Positions 55,295 through 64,000 of a stretch of DNA of 64,000 bases are shown here, piece after piece. The stretch's first letter is position 1. The number at the start of each line of letters is the position of its first letter. The position numbers were made by a program, and so were the translations under genes. The stretch lies in the NCBI RefSeq assembly GCF_009914755.1, contig NC_060935.1. One strand, 5' to 3'. The DNA is from the human T2T-CHM13v2.0 reference genome, Homo sapiens. Under the pieces are notes generated by a model, which worked only from the letters and a program-made list of their open reading frames with translations, did no database searches and was not told where the DNA came from.

Positions 55295-58230
55295 TTATTT
55301 CCAAAATAAGTTTTGTGTACTATTATTCATGGCAGTCCTTTGATACTTGGAAGTTACTCAAAGTGTGAATTTTGTGTCTACCCCATTGACTCCCCTATGG
55401 CTGCTATGTATTGCTCTCCTCTCCGTCCCTATTTTAGTCAACTATTTTAGCCTTTAACTTCATGGGACAGAGAGCTGAATCCTGCATTCACATTGTTCTG
55501 GCCATAAAATTGTCTCTACTCTCCCTTCTAAAAATGTGCTTTTAAAGCACCTCTTCATTCAGGCCTGGGCTTGTGGAGGAAAAGGTATGAATTTAAATAC
55601 ATTCTACAATGGATCGTGTATCACATCCCATGTGTTTTCCATATACTAATTACTATATCTCCATATATCTTATCATACATTTCAAATATTGTCTTATGTT
55701 TCCATCTCTAACAACTTCATTATACAGATACCAAAAGTGAAATTCAGAAGTAAAGAGTAAACTTCTGGAGTCTCATAGGCATGAAGTTTTCTTTCTCCAA
55801 GCACCTGCTCTCAATATGTTTCTGACTACAGTGTAATGAAAAAAAATTTCTCTGTACTGGCCATGTTCTGAGTGGTGTTTTATAATATGTGATTCATTGC
55901 TGGATACTTACAAGTACAGATTTCTATGTGTTCTTTAAAGTCTACTGTCGACTGTACTGTACAAAAATGTATTCCCACTGACATTCTGTCTTAAGGAAGT
56001 TAATCTATTTTTTACTACAAAAAAGTGAAAGAAAAATGTGTAACTAAAATAGTCAGTGATAGACATAAGCCAGTGTATCCATATAAACACTCCAGGTGAT
56101 TCCTGTGTCTTCCCAAACCTTACCAGGGAGTAGACAGGGGCATAGCCTTTTCTCAAAATTCCTATAAAGCTAGCCTACATCTGGCTAAATTATTAAAATA
56201 TTCTTGATTGGGGGAAAAGTACTTTTTAGTATTAAATTTCAGTGACTTTTTATGCTTTATTGTCATTGCTTGGGAGATGGTGGTGTTACAAATATGCTAA
56301 ATTTATGGCTATTAGACATGTTGTTAAAGACAAGTCCAACAAATTAACTGTAATAATTTTCCACCCATTACACTAAAGACACTGATACATTTGTGCTGCC
56401 CAAGAGCTTTGTTACCATCATCTACTTCTCTGGTCCATACTTAAAGGAAATGGACGTTTAACTTGATTCAAACTCATTTTCATATCATGTGATTACATGT
56501 TTACAGGAATGACAGGACTCTTTAGGTTATACTTTACTTAGGTAAGACCTAAATTAGCTTCCTAAACTCGACTGTCCCTGGACATGTAGGCTAAATTCTC
56601 TTCAACCCTTTTCATTAAAACCTGAATCTAAGTGGCTACATTATTATAAAAAGTTGGATAAAGTTATTGGTATTTAATTGAAGATGCTTTCTTAAATTAT
56701 GGAAGAAAACAACCTAGTTGGAATTCACATCAGAGGTAAGCAACTGAGGAAAAATATCTGTATCTAAATTTGTTCCCTGGTGTCACCAGTGCTCCGAAAG
56801 ATAATACTCTGTAAGTAACTGTCTGCTTATAATCTTCTTCCTTCAGAAAAACCTGGTTGTTTGTCCCTAAGTCATAAACCATTATGAATAAGTTTAGTGC
56901 ATGGTACTGTCCCAAAAAGAATCAGGCTCTCTTAGCTTCCCTTTTACAGGAAACAATACTAAAAGTTCTTAAAGGCTGAATAAAACATTTTTGTTTTATT
57001 TTAAAAAGAGAAATTTTAATAAATAAATATTTACTGAAATATTTTATGAAAGTTGCACAACTTTTTCACAAAAACATGCTGAACTCTATTGAATACAAGG
57101 AATTACTAGTAATACAAATTTATAGTAATAACATTCTGAAATTTCTACAGTCTAATGGTGAACAGATTTTGCTTTTAGAAAATCTTTTGATGTGTAATAT
57201 ACATACAGATTATACTTAAATGATAGGTATACAACTAGATGAATTTTCAAAAAAAATAAAAATACTCCTGTAACCAGGACCCAAAGAAAGAAAGAAAGAA
57301 AGAAAGAATATTACCAGAATCCCCCAAAGTCTTCTGCATGATCCCTCCTAAGTTACTACCCTCCTACTCCCAAAGGGTAATTACTTTCTTGATGTTTAAA
57401 ACAGTAAATTACTTTCATATTTTTTGAACCATATATAAATGGATGCCTACAGTATGCACTTTTACTTAATGACATATTTATGCAATACATCCAATTTGTT
57501 TCATACAATTGTAGTACATTCATTCTTATTGTTGCATATTGGAGATTGACATCCACCTTTTCTTGGACTTTATTCTGATTCAAGCACACTCCTGCCATGA
57601 TGCTGTTCCAGATATATCTAGTGTGCAGGTAAAATTTCCAAAAGAACATGGATTAACTGAGGAGATATAATGACCAAAGGAAGCAACCCCATTGAGTTTT
57701 CTACTTCTATACTTCCCCATGCTATGTCTCCGAATCTCAGAAAGAATGTCATCCTAGAGAACAGAGTATCATTGCTCAACTTGGGATTTACAGGAAATCT
57801 AAAATGTTTTCACTCAAAAGCATTTTACAATGGCACCTAGCTAGCCTTAGATATTGAGTGACTTTTAGCCTGTGTAATTGCAGAAAACATTTGAGTGTTT
57901 GTGATTCTCATATGGTCCTTCAAATGCATATCCATGTCCCTGTTTACCACAGAAGCCACTTGCAGTACTTTGATAATCAGAAAACTAGAGAAGAATCATG
58001 GAAGCTATTAAATATCTTATAATAATCTCAATAAGTACTTTAATTATTTTTGAAATAATTTACACTTGTCTTTAATATGCCATTGCCTTTAGCATCCACA
58101 ACCACTTATGTACTTAATTATAAGATACAAAACATATATTTGAGATACATACTAGACAATCAATGATTTCTTTTTGCCTTATGATAAGCTTTCAATCAAA
58201 ATTAACTTTTTTTCTTATTTCTTTACTTAT

Positions 58231-59256
58231 TGATTCAGAAAGGCTCCTGGGTTCAAAGGGGTAGGTCTCTGGTGAAACTTCAACATCAAGCCAGGGATAG
58301 CCTGAAGACTGGGGGCCAGGTGGCCAGTTCCACCGACCAGAGTGAAAACTTATGGTGCTTTTCCTGGGCCCGCCCGTGGCCACCCATGGACCAATCAGCA
58401 CACACTTCCTCCCCTCTGAAGCCCATAAAACCCCAGACTCAGCCAAACTTAGGCAGATGATGAGACAACCTGCCTTCAGAGAGGAGCTACCCACTCTAGG
58501 TCTCCTCTCTGCTAAGAGTTGTACACTCTTGGGGATGACCTGCCTGTGGATAGGAGCTAACCACTCTGGGTCTCCTGAGAGCTGTACTGTAGCTCAGTAA
58601 AGCACCTCTTCACCTTGCTCACCCTCCAATTGTCTGCATACCTCAATCTTCCTGGAGGCAGGACAAGAACTTGGAACCTGCCGAGTGGCGGGACAGAAAG
58701 AGCTGTAACACAAATAGGGCTGAAATGAGTTCAGTGTGGCCCCCCAACCACTCTCCACACTGCAAGTGACAAGAAGGAGAGAAGAGCTGCGGCCCTTCAG
58801 GGGGCCCAGAACTAAGGGCTGTCCAAGCCAGTGCTGTGACACCTTCTTTGGGGCTCTTCGGTTTCTGGTGTCTCCATGCTTCTGGCTGGTACCATGTTCC
58901 CCTCATCCAGACATGGGTGCCCGCAGTAGAGGCTGCTTGTGGTGCATCTGAACCAGCAACAGGCTTCCATGGATCCGGCACCTGGAGCTGCCCATCCTGC
59001 TGCAGCAGCTGGCATGCCTGGCAGTGTGCAGTGGCCAGACTCCATGCTTGTATGCTCACTCATCCATCCCCACTCCAGCCTGGCTCACCCATGGCAGGCA
59101 TGGGATCTGGGCTGGTAGTGCGAGCCAAGTACAGCCTGCCAGGTCAAGGCAGTGGAGGGAGCCCAGCAAGCCCAAGCAAAAGCCTACTTGGGCAAAGGTG
59201 CCACCAGCAACAGAGGTCTCTGGCTGGCGAAATAACACCCCAGGTATCCCATGACA
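58231..59256 (+). mobile_element. MER52/LTR1-family ERV1 LTR (partial)
   Basis: cccatggaccaatcagcacacacttcctcccctctgaagcccataaaaccccagactcagcc...gagagctgtactgtagctcagtaaagc...cagaggtctctggctggcgaa...cccatgaCA. Confidence 0.8.
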
Positions 59257-60240
59257 TAAAGACAGTTGACAAAAATATTTAAATGTTCACAGTTAACTTT
59301 CATACTTCAGACATTGTTTTGTCTTAAATGTTCTTCATCCTATTTCTCAGAAGCTGTAATATTGATTGATTATTTTCCTTTGTCATTATTTCTTTTGTGT
59401 ACCTCTGAAATATGCCTGTTCTTGATTAAAAAGAGTTAGCGGACCTTGTGAGACAAATTGAATTCTATTGAATTCTATGTTCCACAGTTATCTCTGACTA
59501 AAACAAATAATATCATATCCAATACCATACAAGTACCTCTGTGTTCTGTGGTTATGTAAGAAAAATAGAGTTGTAGGTAGATGAAGAAAAAATAAGAATG
59601 ACATTTGAATAATGATCTAGTGATCAATACGCGGGTCCTCAAAATCTTGGCCTAAATTCATTTAAATCTGTTCCTGTGAAAACGTATTTAACATAATTGT
59701 TTTCTTTATAGAAAGAGGACATTTTACATAGATATTTATATGTAAACTATGTAAAATATATGTACATATATGTAAAATATACCCATATATGCACTATATA
59801 TATAGAGTAAGAGATTTAAAACAGTCTAAAAGATTTTGACCAACTCTGCAACTACTGCTTACATTTTATTGTATGCCTTGTTCTCTAGGGAGGTTGTTAC
59901 ATGTAATTGAAATGAAAAGCAGCCTTGGAGATGCTTTCTGTATTAGCCATGTTCTCAGTTATATTTTAAAATATGCGAATCATGACGTACTCTAATAAGT
60001 GCAAATTGCTATGTTCATTTAATATCTACTGCTGATTGACATTTCAAGACAATATATGATAATCATGTACAGCAGGGGTATATTCTGAATCTGAATGCAG
60101 CTAATTTATTTGAAATTAAGCCAGTAAATGCAAAATATGAGGGCAAAAATAGTAAGATGTATTAGACATGTACCAGTTATGCCTTGAAGTACTCCATGTA
60201 ACTTTTTACTTTTTCTGAAACTTTATCTGTGACTTAATAA

Positions 60241-60618
<378 letters not shown>

Positions 60619-62295
60619 GTTTTCTGTTTTTTGTTTTGTTTTGTTTTGTTTTGTTTTCATTTGTTTATTTATTGTTGTTTTCCTCCCTTGCTTTCTATAA
60701 AGCTAAAACACCCATTAGTCTAAAATCAGTAAATTAGTACATTTTTAACTTGGGGAAAAGGAATTCTTAGTGATGATTTTTTTTTAATATTGCATTGTAA
60801 TTTCTTGTGTGATGATACCAATACTAAGATAACAAATGTACTCCTGTGGGAGATACGGCTGGGGCAAACTCAAACCACCCAAGTAGTTGCTAGTAATTGT
60901 CCTAACAGTTAAACATCAAGAAACAGATGGATTTGTATTACCCAAGAGCTTTACAAACATTGTTTACTTTTCTAGTATGTATTTGGAGAAGATGGAGTTG
61001 CCCTTGGTCACCTTCTTCTGATTCTGTTTTACAATCTCATTTTTTTTTACCCCAGATGCTTCCCTGTCTTCAGGAATGCTAAATTCTCGCAGGTTAATTT
61101 TCTTTAGTCAGGACTCAGCTTTAGCTTCTCATATACAACTGTTTCTCCAGGACATGTGGACTCTCTTCCCCACCAATCCCCCGTCCTGATTTAGAAATTA
61201 CCATGCAACTTATGGCCTGCAAACCCTTATTAATGTAACTACATTAATATCACAGGTTGGATAAATTTATTTAAGTCTCACAGGAATTTGTGTTTTCATT
61301 CAGAATAATGTTCTCACATAACTGATAAAAAAAAATTGTCTTTAGGAGAAATGTTATATATCAGACCCAAGTAAGTAAGGAAAAAAAAGTATATATATTT
61401 AAAGCTTCTGTGGTGACTTCCATTACCATGGAAGCAATTGTCTTCCTAAAAACCACCTTCTTTGGAAAACAGTTGTCAGGCCCTAAAGCATGGAATGTTA
61501 TGAAACAGAGTTCATTACATGATACTGATACCAAAGAACATTAAGTTTCCCTGCTACTGTGAGTTGATAAAGACATTGTTGTTCTACAAGCAGGACAGAA
61601 CTTTTAGTGAAATAAATATTAATCATTTATTAAGATATTCTATAAAATTTGGGCACTGCATTAATTTTACAAACATATATTGAACACTTAGGATATACAC
61701 GAAACTGCTAGATTAAAAAAAAGTCCTGCAGTAAAATAATATCTTAGGGAATATACTTTGTTTTGGCAAAACTTTTTAGGAAATAACATACGTATAGAAA
61801 GTTATTATTTAGAAAATATACTCCAAGTACATTTCTAGAAAGGAAAATATTTCAGCACCCAGAACCAGGCCAATAAAAACCAAAATTACTAGCATCTCAT
61901 AAATTGTCTCTGCATGCATTATGAATTGATGTCCATATGCTGGGTAATCTCGTATGTTTTTTGAAGTATGTAGTAGTAAAATCAGTTTTTACACTGTTTT
62001 TTAGTCTGGCTTCTTTCACCCAACATTACGTTTGTGAGATTCCTCCATGCTGTTGATGTGGAGATAGTGCATTCATTCTCATTGTTGGTAGCATGACGAG
62101 GTGAAAACATAACATAATGCTATTCATCTAATTTGGAGCAGGGATCAACAAACTATGACCCATAAATTCTTTTTGGAACTTGGAAATACCAATTTATTAA
62201 TATATTATCTATGGATTTTTTGTGATACAAGGGAAAACCTGAGTGATTATTACAATTTATGATCTGCAAACCTTAAAACATATAGTATCTAACTC

Positions 62296-63719
62296 TTTTT
62301 TGTTTGTTTGTTTGTTTTTGAAATTTTAAAGCTGGGTGTCCAGGGGAGACATCACATGTTGGCAGGTTCCGTGATGCCCCCCGAGCCGTAAAACCAGCAA
62401 GTTTTTATTAGTGATTTTCAAAAGGGGAGGGACTGTACGAATAGGGTGTTGGTCACAGAGAGCATGTGCTTCACAAGGTAATAGAATATCACAAGGCAAA
62501 TGGAGGCAGGGCGAGATCACAGGACCACAGGACTGGGGCGAAATTAAAATTGCTAATGAAGTTTCGGGCACGCATTGTCATTGATAACATCTTATCAGGA
62601 GACAGGGTTTGAGAGCAGACAACCAGTCTGACCATAATTTATTAGGCGGGAATTTCCTCATCCTAATAAACCTGGGAGTGCTACAGGAGACTGGGACTTA
62701 TTTCATCCCTACAGCTCCGACCATAAAAGACGGCCGCCCTCAAAGCAGCCATTTTAGAGGCCTACCCTCAGGGAGGCATTCTCTTTCTCAGGGATGTTCC
62801 TTGCTGAGAAAAAGAATTCAGTGATATTTCTCCCATTTGCTTTTGAAAGAAGAGAAATGTGGCTCTGTTCCACCTGGCTCACAGGCAGTCAGAATTTAAG
62901 GTTATCTCTTGTTCCTTGAACATTGCTGTTATCCTGTTCTTTTTTCAAGGTGTCTAGATTTCATATTGTTCAAACACACATGCTCTACAAACAATTTGTG
63001 CGGTTAATGCGATCCTCACAGGGTTCTGAGGTGACATACATCCTCCTCAGCTTACAAAGATGATGGGATTAAGAGATGAAAGTAAAGACAGGCATAGGAA
63101 ATCACAAGGGTATTGATTGGGGAAGTGATAAGTGTCCATGAAATCTTCACAATTTATGTTCAGAGATTGCAGTAAAGGCAGGTGTAAGAAATTATAAAAG
63201 TATTAATTTGGGGAACTAATAAATGTCCATGAAATCTTCACAATCCACGTTCTTCTGCCATGGCTTCAGTGGGTCCCTCCACTGGGCGTTCCTGACTTCC
63301 CACAACATCTCTCCCTTTCTTTTTATATAAATGTGCCATGGCGATGAAGTCTTGTTCGTTCTCCCGATTTTGACACAGGATTCTTTGACTGGTCCGGCAC
63401 ACTAAAAACAAGCCGATTAAACAGAGAAACATAATTCCAAAATTTTCTACAGTGGAGCCCCCAGTAGACTTAATCCAAGTCGTGGAGTTTAATCCATGAA
63501 GATTTTCTGCCACCTGATCTAATGCCTCAGCTCCAGTCACAAAGGATAAGTGAGCTTGAGAGGCTTCAAAAATTTGTTTCTTTAATTTAGTTATGTCCAA
63601 TGATAAATTATCTTCCCTACCCAGAAGGTGTCCTTTGACCATTTCCCATGAATGATCAGTCTCGTTATAGGCTGTGATACAGAAATCCGAAGTATTCCAA
63701 TCACACTGAATTTGCATGC
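62296..63719 (-). mobile_element. Processed (L1-retrotransposed) HERV-K(HML-8)/HERVK11 copy: env TM end + PPT + MER11 LTR truncated at a poly(A) tail
   Basis: Env TM peptide MQIQCDWNTSDFCIT..YNET.HSWEMVK.HL.GREDNLSLDITKLKKQIFEASQAHL; PPT aaaaagaaagggagaga then LTR start TGTTGTGGGAAGTCAGG at 63307; LTR stops at 62320 and is followed by an A-rich tail; 14-bp TSD GTATCTAACTCTTT at 62285-62298 and 63720-63733. Confidence 0.9.
63238..63717 (-). pseudogene. HERV-K (HML) env transmembrane-subunit remnant, 159-codon open frame
   Basis: CX7C loop (CDWNTSDFC), heptad region and hydrophobic anchor FGIMFLCLIGLFLVC; no signal peptide or SU. Confidence 0.8.
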
Positions 63720-64000
63720 GTATCTAACTCTTTAAGGAAAGTGTCTCCAACTTCTGATCTAATGTTTTGATAAAATATTGAGTTGTTTTTAATTTTACTG
63801 CTATTGCAAATAATGCAGTGGTGAAGATTTGTGTACACGTGTTTAAGTCTTTCATTTATTTCTCTTGGTTATAAATCTAAGAATGAAATTTTTGAGTCAT
63901 AGGGCATTTGTTTGTCCGTCTATAGTAGATACTGCCATACAATTTTACAACATGAAATGTCAATGCCCATTTCTACTGTCAACATGTAAGATTAATGATT

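Noticed and set aside
63085-63245. ~90-bp-period direct repeat (..tgtccatgaaatcttcacaat..)
   Set aside because: By recall, an intrinsic feature of MER11 LTRs; only two units, not a CRISPR-like array

Overview
Primate genomic DNA, almost certainly human. The gene order TRIM51 (+), OR5W1P (-), OR5W2 (-) matches my recollection of the chr11q11-q12 TRIM/olfactory-receptor cluster boundary. From left to right the window holds: a decayed TRIM43-like gene lacking its middle exons; an ~8.4 kb antisense processed ANKRD33B copy with its long 3'UTR and a CpG-rich body; the 3' half of a TRIM49/48-like pseudogene; an intact 452-aa TRIM51 (six coding exons, all GT-AG, total 1359 nt); a frameshifted OR5W-family pseudogene; intact OR5W2 (310 aa); and many Alu/L1/LTR elements. 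I found no prokaryote-type system, CRISPR array or RNA gene, and no evidence for a wholly new biological system. The most interesting signals are: (i) an L1-retrotransposed, polyadenylated HERV-K(HML-8)/MER11 env-LTR copy with a 14-bp TSD that records the viral poly(A) site; (ii) an ANKRD33B retrocopy preserving an apparently non-canonical splice isoform; (iii) DUX4 consensus motifs at TRIM51 and at the dead TRIM43-like copy; (iv) an OR upstream module present three times, the third copy without a coding exon; (v) a twin-primed L1 and small templated insertions. Repeat subfamily names and comparisons to reference proteins come from recall, not from a search.
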